NCBI RefSeq assembly: GCF_003918875.1
Contig: NW_025765825.1
Coordinates: forward strand, 124,001 to 188,000
Direction: 5' to 3'
DNA length: 64,000 nt
Source: Haliotis rubra
Lineage: Eukaryota
This document shows, one piece after another, positions 37,810 through 49,675 of this stretch. Both the position numbers and the translations under genes were made by a program. Numbering within the stretch: position 1 is the stretch's first letter; each line of letters opens with the position of its first letter. The notes below the pieces were generated by a model. The model saw only the letters and a program-made list of their open reading frames with translations. It was not told where the DNA came from and did no database searches.

Positions 37810-38490
37810 TATATTACATAATTAGGCAAGTATCTATCCGAGGTATAATGCCATGTCATACAAATACGATGCACACTTTATTGTATGGTAAGTCTGATAT
37901 TTATAAGGCAGCAGAAAAGTACTGTCAGTCTGTTCAGACTCCCAAACATTTCAAGCATGTGCGATGCTGTACGTATTGTCATGATTCTAATTAGATGTAA
38001 TGGTTCTAAAATGGATGCTTCATCACACCTTGTCTGTTATGTGTTGCAGGTAATATCTCTTGAAACTATGTACAGTTGATGGCTGTGGGTATTGTAACTC
38101 AGTACAAATGTCTCAACTTAATTGTACAGTTGATGACTACAAAACTTATTTCAAATATTTAAATATTCCGTGAAGGTATATACTCGTTTCTTGTCTGATC
38201 AGATTCCTTTAAACATGTTAAGATCACGTTAAAATATATGCGACTAGGAGAAGATACCCTAATAGATTTGCAAAAAAGCTACAAATATAATAAAAGACCC
38301 CAATAGACTCAGTATAATAGTTAAACTTACAAAAGGAAACGATTGTTAAAAAACAAATCTTAAGTTAATATCACAGAGTCCTCATTGGACATTTCAGCTG
38401 ATTTATCACTGTTTGGAGAGAATAGTGAAACTGACATTATATACACACTCATACATGTATGTGTTATTTATCTTTCTCTTAAACATTAGA

Positions 38491-39692
38491 ATATAAACAA
38501 TACAACATCATTTCCGATTCTCTTTCGTGTCTTCAGGCTATTAAAAATCTTTCTTGTAAACATCCACTTTTATTAGAAATTATTGAATTGTATAAAGAGC
38601 TTGCTACTGGCCAATGAGACATCGTCTTTTGTTGGCTACCCAGTCACGTTGGCATTTCTGGGAACACAATGGCCGATCTTGCTGCTAAGGCAGCACTCAA
38701 TAAATCTGTGACACCACTTCTTATTCCATATTCTGATTACAAAGCTAGCATTAGAACCTACATCCGTGATCTGATGCAAAAGAAGTGGGACACCCAAGTA
38801 GGTATTAACAAATTACATGAAATAAAACCCTATATTGGTTACATCTATTTGGGTTGTCAATCAAGATTTGAAGAGGTCATCCTGCGACGATGTCGCCTTG
38901 GCCACACCAGGTATACTCATGAATATTTGTTAAAAGGCGAAGATCCTCCGTTTTGCATCCCTTGGGATGAAAGAATCACGGTCAAGCATGTCGTGCTTGA
39001 CAGCATTGATTTTTCCATCACAAGGCATAAATATTTTAATGTCAAAACAATTAAGGATCTTTTTTTATAATGTTAATGATCATTTAATAATTGAATTTTT
39101 AAAGGAAATAGAATTATTGCATACATTTTGGAAAATATGTTTTGTAAATAGATAAATGATATTTTAAACATGGTAGTATGAATTAGCAACTGCGATTGTT
39201 AGTGGCTGTATCCTCAAAGGGGCTTAAAGTATCGTAAAATAATTGTCCTCCTGAGAGGGTACGTAAGTTCAAAACACTTGCAAAGTCAATTTCGTACAAC
39301 CATACTTTTTAATCGTAGTATTTCTGTTATTTTAACTTTCGGCTAAGTCTTCCTAAATCGCCAGTGGCCAAATGGATGGTGTAAATCCAGCTAGGGCCCA
39401 TGCAGGTAGCAAATGTAATGTAAGTCCTCATGGTTCCTAGTATGGTGATCTACCTTCAGTTGTCTGCGACCTATAACCTGTTTTTATATTGTACTGTCTT
39501 CTTTAATTAAAATCTTTTAGTTTGACATGCTAGTTTTATGTTCATATATGTGATGTTCTAGTATTTTTACTGTCCATCGTCGACAGGTTTTACTCTCCAA
39601 AATGTTTTCATTTTTAATTGTATAAATTGGTTTCGTCACGATATGGCTGAGATATTGCCGATGTGACGTTAAATATTAACTCACTCACTCAC
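38491..39692 (+). mobile_element. 5'-truncated RNase H-containing LINE (I/Nimb-like), with 3' UTR and (ACTC)n tail
   Basis: WLPSHVGISGNTMADLAAK RNase H motif and a C-terminal RCRLGHTRYTH...C..TVKH zinc-knuckle-like region. TSD TTA(A/C)ACATTAGA at 38479-38490 and 39693-39704. The paralogous segment near 56630 is an empty site. Confidence 0.9.
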
Positions 39693-40194
39693 TTACACAT
39701 TAGATGCTAAGGGGTTGTTCTGTTTCCAGTGGAGCATTGGAAGATCATTCCACAGAGGAAATGGTGCGTTTGAAGGTTCTTCTTTTCCATGCTGGATGTG
39801 TAGGTGATGCCTTTTTTCTTTGGTTCCGAATTTAGAATCAAACACATTTCATATACAAATATTTAGATTTACGTTCTTTAGATATGTCTTTCCATCGGAC
39901 TGTAGCGACTCACATACCACCACACGTCAACCGCTATACTTCGTCAATAGCTATACTTCAGCTCTTAATTTCAACTATGGTAAGGGAAGGTAAGGTCATT
40001 TCATTCACACTTATAACCTGGTGTCATCACTGATTTCCAATGATCCATTTCCATTTCCACTTCAAGGTAACGGGGAGTGGAATCTCTTTTGAAAGACTAA
40101 TCGAAACGGTGTTTATGGTGTATATTTATGTTCAACGTCAGCAATTAACTGATTGAACACAAGTATGACAAAGTCACATATATCAAGTTGATAT

Positions 40195-40200
40195 TTTATT
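40195..40200 (-). terminator. Polyadenylation signal of C
   Basis: AATAAA about 45 nt after the stop, at the same spacing as in A and B. Confidence 0.7.
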
Positions 40201-40246
40201 GACAGAGCTGACACAATGCGGTAAGGTCATAGGAATGCTCAGTTCA

Positions 40247-43200
40247 TTATTCTCTCCATCTCCGAAGTCGCACTTCATTCAGCTCAGAGCAGTTGCCCAC
40301 CTGGTTACTGATAATAAAACCAATCATCATTAGACGAGTTTTAAAATGGAATCACATTTCTTGCTATATACACATTCCATACAAATCACATTCGTTTCAG
40401 GTTCTTATTTCAACATAAAACGAGAAATATGTTAAACAAGATTATGTATTTTCAGTGTGAAAAATTATCTTACTATTAGGTCAGTCACGTAGATGAGAAG
40501 CGATAGTGTAGTTGGAAAATGCAACTGTTAATTGAATTCATTTCTGTACAGCTCTACTGTAATGTGACAGGTATATAGTAATTCAGCATACTTAGTTCCA
40601 TCGTTAGCGTTGATGAAGGCCTGGCGCTGGATAGTGCTGATATTGTCGGCATTGTCACAGATGATGCGAGCTAAAGACGCCTTTTTCAGCTGCGCTATTT
40701 GTTCTATATTTGAACAAAAAACAATGTGATGAAAATTGATGACAAGCAAAATTTAAATATTCATGTAGCAGGTCATATTCGGCAACAGATAGTCAACGAG
40801 GGAAAAACAACCCGAGAGTATCGGCTGAGTTATGTGATCTAAATTCAAACAAAGAAATGTTGCAAAGGGATACCAACATTGGTATTCAATACAAAAAGAC
40901 AGTATCTCTAAGCAAATGACTGCTTTCTTAGCTGTGTTAGTTGAAGTGATTTGGTAACTACCACGAAGGAGGTGTCAATTATTTACCGGATGTGAAGCCA
41001 GTGTCGGAGTCTGTAGATTCAAACCAGAACCTGTCCCCATCTCTCAGTTTCTTGAACTGTTCTCCGATCAGACAGATGTAAGTATTTCCTACTGCTGCTC
41101 CCGCAACAGGAGCTTCAGCAATACCTCCACTGTACAGGTCAATGTCATCGACGCTAGCGCTGAAAAAGTAACGTCCCATTACGTGGATCGTAGGCTCTAA
41201 AGAAGAGGTTCTTTACTCTTCATACAAAATGCTTTTGGAACTAATATGGTGAGAACATGTTCACCACAGACCGACCCATCAAACAACATTGTATGAACAT
41301 TGATAACATAGTGTATTACCAAACGAAATTGGACGGATCAAATTTGCAAAGGAACGTCTGTGAAGACAAAAACACTTACTACATGTCTCGAAGATCGCGA
41401 GCTTGAATACGCCCAAAGTCAGTACCAGTCACGAAGTCAGTGATTCTGCCGAGACCACAGTAGTCTCTCCAGTCGTTGTAGGGAGGAAGACCATGTTCCC
41501 TTCCACGCTGAATGTTCAGAGCCACGATGTCAAATCCGTCCTTTGTGGCTGAATCTTCCTCAAACATTCTCTGCCTCATGCCATCGACATACCACGCATC
41601 AGCTCGTTCACCAGGAGCGTCCAGTAAACTACTGATAACGTCATCCAGGCTGTTGATGACATATTTGGTCCTCTTGAACAGGTCACCAGTGTCCACGACA
41701 TCACCTCCTATCGTCAGGTTTTCTGGCACCATGGAATGACCAAATCGAAAAGCTGCCGTCGAGAAGACGTTACTTAGAGATGGGTCAAGGGTAGAATTGT
41801 AGTTGTAGTTGTCGAATCCCAGGTCGTATGCTGCGACCCCGTTGGTACCAAGAATTTCAGGCAGCCACTCTTTGTAAGTTATCACCTGAGGGTATATGGA
41901 ATGCACAGGTAACAGGAATTAATGTTTGCAGTTAATTTTTAATTGTAATAGACAGATTGGGCTTGGTAAAGGTCAGTTGCTGTTTTCAGCATGCCACCGA
42001 GTATTATCAGTAGATCAGTTGTCATGTTTATTCCATGTGCATGTACGTGTCACTATATTCATTATCTATTTATTTGCATTCTGCAAAATGAAAAATTAAC
42101 CTGTAGTTCAGCAATGACTATTCGTCGTGCTTCTTGGAAGAGCTTCTCGTCATCCCAGCCACTGTTGAATCCTTTGAGAGCTGTTGCAACACGGTTGTGT
42201 TCTCTCATGAACAGTGTGTGCAGAGCGCTAAGTCCAGGGAAGACATTCACTCTCGAGTCACCTACAGTAAAACGGGAACTATAACAATACCGGTAAAACC
42301 TTATTCCGCAGAAATTGTTATGATCAAATGCAAAAGCATAATTTGCACAATGTAGTTTGTGTCACATTCGTTATCATCGACCCGTTAAGGTCCGGGTTAG
42401 AATGTGCCTTCAGTAATCCATGCTTGTCGTAAGAGGCGACTAACGGGATCGGGTGGTCAGGCTCGCTGACTTGGTTGACACATGTCATCGGTTCCCAATT
42501 GCGCAGATCGATGCTCATGCTGTTGATCACTGGATTGTCTGGTCCAGACTCGATTATTTTGAGACCGCCGCCATTTAGCTGGAATATTGGCGAGTGTGGC
42601 GTAAAACTAAGCTCACTCACTCATTCGTTTTCATCATCAGCATCATCAAGGCTCACATTACACACCCTTTTTCAGAATCACGTATGTATTGCATTTATAA
42701 TATTAAAATGTTGATATATATTGAAATGTTAAATCACATTGTGTATCATCATCACTCTACAAAATTTGCTCAAGTTACACATTCTTCAGGTGCAAAAGAA
42801 GAGAATATTGTTTTCTGGTAACGACCTGCTTTGAAACAGTAGTTGCTTGAATCTGACGCATCAAGAAAGCAATCATCGGAATCTCCTTGTGGCAGGAGAT
42901 TGTTTGTTCCCACTTTCAGCAACCCAGCTGGAAAACGATGGAATGACGAATTACAACTAATTATCACACCTAATTGTGGTTAGGTTATTCATTAAAAATT
43001 ATAAGATATGATTACTTCATAATTTAAAGGAAAATAAAATTTGATGCATGTGCCATATATTGTTCAAGTATTTACATGTAATATAAGGATACATGTAAGA
43101 CTCGGATCCATGGCAGGCCTCAAATCCGCGGCGGATTTCCAAATCCATGGCTAGTTGACGTACCTACCCTAATCTGTGGAGGATTTCCTACACATCGTCA

Positions 43201-46200
43201 TTGGAACATTTCACCTAGGTACAATAGGGGTTTATGGCATTCATGTATGTGTTTCTAACTTACTGATAACCCTGGGATTAGATTTTCGAAGCTCTGTTAG
43301 CGCTAAGATGGTCTGTCGATATTGCTAATGTTTTTACGACTATCATAGAACTAAGAGAGCTTCGAAAATTTAGGCCATGCTAATCTTGCAAATCTTTACA
43401 CTTCCCCATTTCGGATTCAGCGTTTTCAGTTTTGTAATCTCACGTATTTTCTCCATGTCGTTCCAAAATGTTTCTGCATTGGGATCGTTTGATACGGGTT
43501 TCTTCTTCTTTGTAGGTGGCTCCGCAATTACAAAACCATCATTTTCTATGGTTTCCAGTTTCTTAGCTTTGAAGATTTTCCTGAGATTACTATCGCCACG
43601 AACGGCTAGTGTCGAATAACGTCGGGAACGGTTATCGATTATGACGTCATCACGTAATTACGCGATGACGTCATGTAACAATCGAACAATCAAACCTGCC
43701 ACGAATTAGGAAACCCGCCATAGATTAGAGACCCGCCACAGATCAGAGTCCTACATATGTATACAATGTTATGATGAAATCAGAACTTGCAACATACATC
43801 CAGAATCAATGTCTCTGAGCTCGTTCATTTCGGCGTCCGAAATGCCGTAGATGTGGGATCCATCAATGAAGGCTGATAATTCATTGTACTGTTGGCGAGC
43901 ATCTGCAATGAAATTTGTTTACTGTGTAAGATTACTTGTAATAAGGCTTAAACCGTTTTCTGCAGTTATAATGTATCCAAAAACAATTTTCTAATCAGTT
44001 CAGTTTCAGAGAAAGGTTATCTTTGATCAAATATCATATACGTATTGAGTTTGAAGCTTCGTTAGATATTGCCAAAGAAAGAGCATCAAATGTCCTTACT
44101 TGAGGAATCTGTGCCTGTTCCGGAAACAGCCTCCGATCTCACCAGATTCATACATTTACCATCGCCAAAGTAGAAATCACCATCAGGAAGGTTGATTGGG
44201 AAACAGGGAGAATCAGGGCTGATGAAAGGAACGTTACAAGTACATTAATTCAAAGTCCCTTTCTGAATTTTGTTCTCCCGAGAGGGTACGTAAATCCCAG
44301 AACGTTCTAAGTAAATTAAGATATACCAGGAGTTTAATCATAGGATATTTGTGTTTTAAGTGATGGCTAAATTTAAGCACAATCGCCAACATCTGAAGGA
44401 ACGATGTAAATCAAGCTAGAGCCCATGCAGGTAGCAAAAGTACTGTAAGTCCCCTAGTTTCTGGCGATCTATAGCCTGTTTCTGTATTGTGTATTGTCCG
44501 TGTTGTGCTATTATTTTAACATTAAATGCTAGTTATAAATCCAACTGTGATACTCTAGTTGTTTTGCTGTCCTTTGACGGCAGGTTTATAGTATGCATTA
44601 ATTCCTTATCAATGTCAAATTGGTTCTCGTCAAGATATGGCGGAAATATTGCCGATGCGACGATACAGATTAACTCAGTCACTCACTTAATTTTGGTACA
44701 TGATATAACTAGAAACGTTATTAGTATTGAAGCAAAACATTCTTAATGTTTATTGCTTTGTGCTGTTGATAGAAGGTCAACGTTTTATACTTCCGTCTAA
44801 CTTTGTCCTAATCTGAAGTTAGTAATTAATCAAATGTACTTGAACTACTTGTTGCCTTATGATATTCAGATGAATAATATGACATAGATATTTATAGTTC
44901 TAGTATGATGTTGTGTGTATTGGTATTTTCAGTGTTACATATATAATATGACTTACTCGGTGGGAACAGAGTCAGTTCTGTCACAACAGTCAATATCAGA
45001 TCCGTTATCTGTAAAGGATCAAAACGCTTTAAAGTTGACTTCAGTCAAGAGGATCGAACTAAGGAAACAATTTCACATATACAAAATGTTGGGAAATATA
45101 AAAGACAAATGTCAGTACTACGAAAAAGAACAAAGGTTAAAAAACATGATATGCAAGAATATTAAAACTTAAAATAGTTTGCAGGGGTCGCACATCGTTT
45201 GGCGATACCAAGTTCGTAGGGTGTAATTTCCTATTTCGACACGTTGGTCGATTAACCTCTGTGGATCATTATTTCTGTCAATCCTATTGATACTACATTC
45301 ACAGAATTGTGATTTACTTCCTTTCTTGGTTCCACTTGTTCGGAACAAGTCATGTGTCATCTTCAACACATCTACGGGCTATTTGCCAATACTTTCAAAG
45401 CTGAAATATCAGGGAACGTTAGTGAGTAAGCATTATAGAAACTGGGGTAACTGTCAACTTGAGACCGCAACACCAATTTGGCGATGGGCAGTTATGATCG
45501 AGGGTGGCCTCACCATGACAGAGACAACCCCATTACGTGCTGTGCAAGGAAGGGTCATTAGAGGGACTATCAGGACAACATTCGGAAAGTCTTTCTCGTC
45601 CTATTAGCAAGGAATGGACCGTGTGTTAGCCTAGCTCACAATCACTGGCCACGGTTTAGTTGGTTGACCGAAGCCAGGCAATGGAAAAGTAGTGGGACAG
45701 ACTCCTTCAAATCACCATTAGAAGACTATCAAGCGCAATAGGTCATATCTGCCCTTTCACAAAATGTGGCGGTAATACGCACTGCTGATTAAAAATATTG
45801 CCATCTTATCCTAAACGTTCTTCAAGACTGTTGGCGGTCATAACTTCAGTTGTAGTACGTCACTGCTGGTTGCAATATGTTCCAACTTTATTCATTATCG
45901 TCATAAAAATTGACTCTAATGTTTGTTCTCAAACAACTTTAAGTTTGTTCTAAGCATCCACAACATCTTTGAAAAGAATACATACCTGTCAACACCGGAG
46001 TTCCGGTAATATCATGGTCAATAAACTGACCCCATTGCATCAACATGACGGAGTGTTTGATGGAGAGGAAACTCAGCTCAAAGTGAACATGGTTGCTGAT
46101 ACTTCTTGGGTTAGGCAGGACTGAGCCATCAGAGCCCAGAGCTCTGGGGTTTCCACCAGTTCCTGTAAATATACAGCACAAATGTTTGTTCGTTGTTTCA

Positions 46201-49200
46201 TCATCGTGTTTAAATGTGCAGTAGAGTTTCTTTATATACCTTGAAAACGTGTATGTAAAAGAATGTATAATTGTCGCCAGGTTTCTCAGCACTTTATACA
46301 TTAGACAATAGCACCACTGGATATCACGAACATTGCTTTCACTTCCATTAAACTCAAACGTGATGAAATTGTTAAGATGACACTCAGTTACACTATAGTC
46401 CGTTTGATTTCATTTGAGACCGATGAATTGCTCACTAACACAAAATCTAATAATTACAACAAAACCAACTTTTGCACAGTCACATGAAATCGGCAGACCA
46501 ACTCTTATTGTCTCATAATTTTGGAAATCCGAATGAAAAAATTTGTTTATAAACGATCATTATTTTGTTGGTACTTGTCGCTATTTCTTTCGAGGGGAGG
46601 GGGTGGGGTGTGGTGCCTGGGTGTTGGGGGTTGTACGTGTGAAATTGAAATTTCTCTACACACGCTTGTTGATTACCTGGCTGTTCTACCAGCAAGTGTC
46701 CCAACTCGTAAGAAATAGAGTTAAGCCGCAACAAAATAATGATCGTTTGTTAAACAACTCATCAGAGTTGGTCTGTCGATTTCATGTGACTGTGCAAAAG
46801 TTGGTTTTGTTGTAATTATTAGATTTTGTGTAAGTGAGCAATTCATAGGTCTCAAATGAAATCAAACGGACTTTAACACTGGGCTTTGTTTGAAATGTTT
46901 TGAATATACAATGTCCAATTATCATTAGCAGTTTGTTACCATTGTGACAAGATATAAAGGAGCATCAAATTAAATTGAAAATGTATCAACTGACCGCTGG
47001 CGTACTCAGGTTCCAGCCACCTTGCAAATTGAGCACCTGCAGCTCCCCAGCCCGAATTCTCCACGTTATTACACGTGCCATCAGTTGTCCTATAGGTGTC
47101 ACTTGAACTGCAGGTCGCTTGCCTGGATCAAAAAGCATCAAGTAACAGGCAACTGTCTTTATACACTCAACACACCATCGTAAAGTTATCTGAAAGTCCA
47201 TGACTTGGAATAGCAGGTAGTTAATTCTCAAAGTGTTATATATTAACGATTTATTGAACACCTCCTCAACACCTTCTGAAATGTTAAAGTTTAAGTAAAC
47301 ACAACATAACTTGTTTACAAATACACCACTTGCTGAGTAAACCCTTAAGCGATTAAAACACTCTCTCGGTGTTTGAGGTGCTGAGCAATATCGGGACCCA
47401 GTCTGCTTTCCTCTGTATGCAACGAATGCTTTTTCAGTGATTCAGTTAGTGTTTTGGGGTTGTTGTTTGTTTTTGTTTTATGCTGTACAGTATTAAAGCT
47501 GAATGATCAACTCGGTGATCACCATCATGTGCATCGATCTACGCAATCAATCTACGATCTACGATGTCAAATTCAGCTTTAAAACCCGCTTTGAATAGTA
47601 TCCTAGTACTTTCACGGTGTGTGGTGACATTTCAAGTGTAGTCAGGTTCAGCATATTAATCCCTGAAAGGCAGTCATTGTATGGAACAGGGCGGTGCGCA
47701 GCAGACGGTATATTGCGCACAAACATTATGTCAGTCATGAAACGGTAACTACAGAATATTGACTGTTGTTTCAATTATTTGCAAGAATATTATGGAGTGT
47801 GTGGTTTCAACACTTTCACCTGCCTATGAATATTATTATTTCTCTCTCGGATAGACATGCCCACCTCTTCTATTAACAGAAAAAGCAAACAGATATTTAA
47901 TTGCGTCAAAAAAGCATGCAATAGATAAACCCGGCATTATCAGCCGATGAAAACCTTTGTCTAGTACCGCCGCATCGTTTGCCTGTAGGCCAAGCTACAA
48001 CGAATGTAGCCAGTCCAAGTTCACAAATAGGCTTGCTTTAGAACCCCGGGACATCATCACTGTCATTGGAAATTTTCTATCATTTCTACCAATACTACTT
48101 GTTTTCTCTCTTGCAACTTGACTGGGTGTATCCAAGAAACTTGACATTCGCAACAACATTCAAAATCCTTTACTTTCCCTTAAAGTTGGGAAATTGATGT
48201 AAGTAAACATAATAGCACAATTCATTTTCACTGGGACACACATATTCTTCTATATACCTTTTTCTGTTGACAGGCTCCGTGTGTCTCTTGCTCTTTGATG
48301 ACCGCGACATTAATGCACATGGGGTTCTGCTTCCTCCGCACTCTGTCACGAAAATAAGGACGATTAAAATGTTAACCAAACGGGTTATCTAATAAAGTTT
48401 AAAAAAATCATGAGTTTGTTATCATCATCATTATTATTATTGTCATTATTTCTATATACATGTTACTAATTTAAGGTGAGGTGAAACGGGGTTAACGCCG
48501 TGCTTACGAATATTTCGCTCATATGACGATGTGCATGCGTTTGTATTTGTGGCTGCTTGTACTAGCCAAGACTGAAACTGTTTTATAGTGCAAGCTCACT
48601 AAGCATGAATACTCCACCCAGAGACATTATACTGACTCCGAGCCGACCAGTCCTTGGTGTACCCATTAATGCCGAGCGCAAGGCAGGGACCAACAAGTAC
48701 CATATTTTAACGTTTTGAGGTACGATGCGGCCGGGGATCAAACCCGCGACCTTCCGTTCTCCGGGCGGACTCTCTAACCACTACACCACGGAGGCGGTTT
48801 ACTAACTTAAGAATAGGTGCACCCTTCATACAGATATGACTACATGTTAATTCTCCCAAAGTTTTATGTCTTTTCATCCAAAGTGTATTTTGCCCAAAAA
48901 TACAGCCATATGGCGGCGGCCTGTAAATAATCGAGTCTGGACCAGACAAGCCAGTGATCAACAGCATGAGCATCGATCTGCGCAATTGGGAACCGATGAC
49001 GTGACTGTGTCAACCAAGCCAGCGAGCCTGACCGCCCGATCCCGTTATTCGCCTCTTACGTCTGGGATGAGATAACGCTTAAATAGGTCGGTCATTCCTC
49101 AGTTGACGGATTGCCTGGCATAGCAAAATACCAAATGATGTGTAAACATTCTTGTAATTTCTTGTATAAAGAATCAAACAAGTACAAACAAAACAAGTAC

Positions 49201-49613
49201 AATGGCAACCATATCCTTTGTGTAGCAATAATTACCGTGTATGTTTTTACTGAAGGCTCATTCTAACCCGGTGAGTGAGTGAGTTAAGATTTTAAGACAC
49301 ATCGGCAATATCTCAGCCATATCGTGACTATAAACAAGTTATGAATTCACCATAAATACATATAAATTATAAAAACCTGCCGACGAAGGACAGTAAAATC
49401 AACTAGAATACCACAGTATCCAGGAATAAAACTAGCAACTCTCTCTCAAATTGGATTTTAAATTAGGACACTTCAGTATAAAAACGGGCTATAGATCGCC
49501 AACAACTGCATTCTAACCCGGACCACAGGTATGAAACAACGTGAATCAAAATACATACCTGCATGGATAACGCAGAGAACGATCAGTAGAGCTTGGACAA
49601 GGAGTGACTGCAT
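40247..49613 (-). CDS. Secreted animal heme peroxidase, copy C (13 exons, intact, 611 aa)
   Basis: Exons 49559-49613, 48258-48342, 46995-47122, 45986-46162, 44957-45008, 44100-44218, 43798-43902, 42826-42927, 42101-42261, 41380-41885, 40987-41159, 40592-40703, 40247-40307. Total 1836 nt, all GT-AG, phases consistent, no internal stop seen. Signal peptide [18 protein letters not shown]; motifs [21 protein letters not shown] and NIQRGREHG. No LRR, Ig or VWC exons seen, so not a full peroxidasin. Confidence 0.93.
42380..42626 (+). mobile_element. SINE-like family 2 in intron 8 of C
   Basis: Near full-length family match ending in (CTCA)n. Confidence 0.85.
43094..43755. mobile_element. Non-autonomous TIR element in intron 7 of C
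   Basis: About 50-bp imperfect TIRs (TGTA.GACTC.GATC..TGGC.GG.CTC.AATC). Absent from the D copy near 15448. Contains a nested hairpin of about 90 bp at 43283-43368. Confidence 0.8.
46396..46873. mobile_element. MITE with about 110-bp TIRs in intron 3 of C
   Basis: AGTCCGTTTGATTTCATTTGAGACC...CAGACCAACTCT and its reverse complement at about 46763-46872. Confidence 0.88.
48476..48798 (-). mobile_element. SINE family 1 in intron 1 of C
   Basis: Family match; TSD TTACTAA(T/C)TTAAG on both sides. Confidence 0.85.
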
Positions 49614-49667
49614 GATGCTACCTTCAGGATGGCTAGAGCCAGTGTGATGGAATACTCAAGGCTTGGC

Positions 49668-49675
49668 TATATATA
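49668..49675 (-). promoter_or_regulatory. TATA box of copy C
   Basis: TATATATA at the same spacing from the ATG as in A and B; deleted in D. Confidence 0.65.

Noticed and set aside
40247-49613. Assigning a gene symbol (PXDN, MPO, TPO, pxt)
   Set aside because: Only a signal peptide, short propeptide and peroxidase domain are seen; orthology cannot be fixed without a phylogeny.
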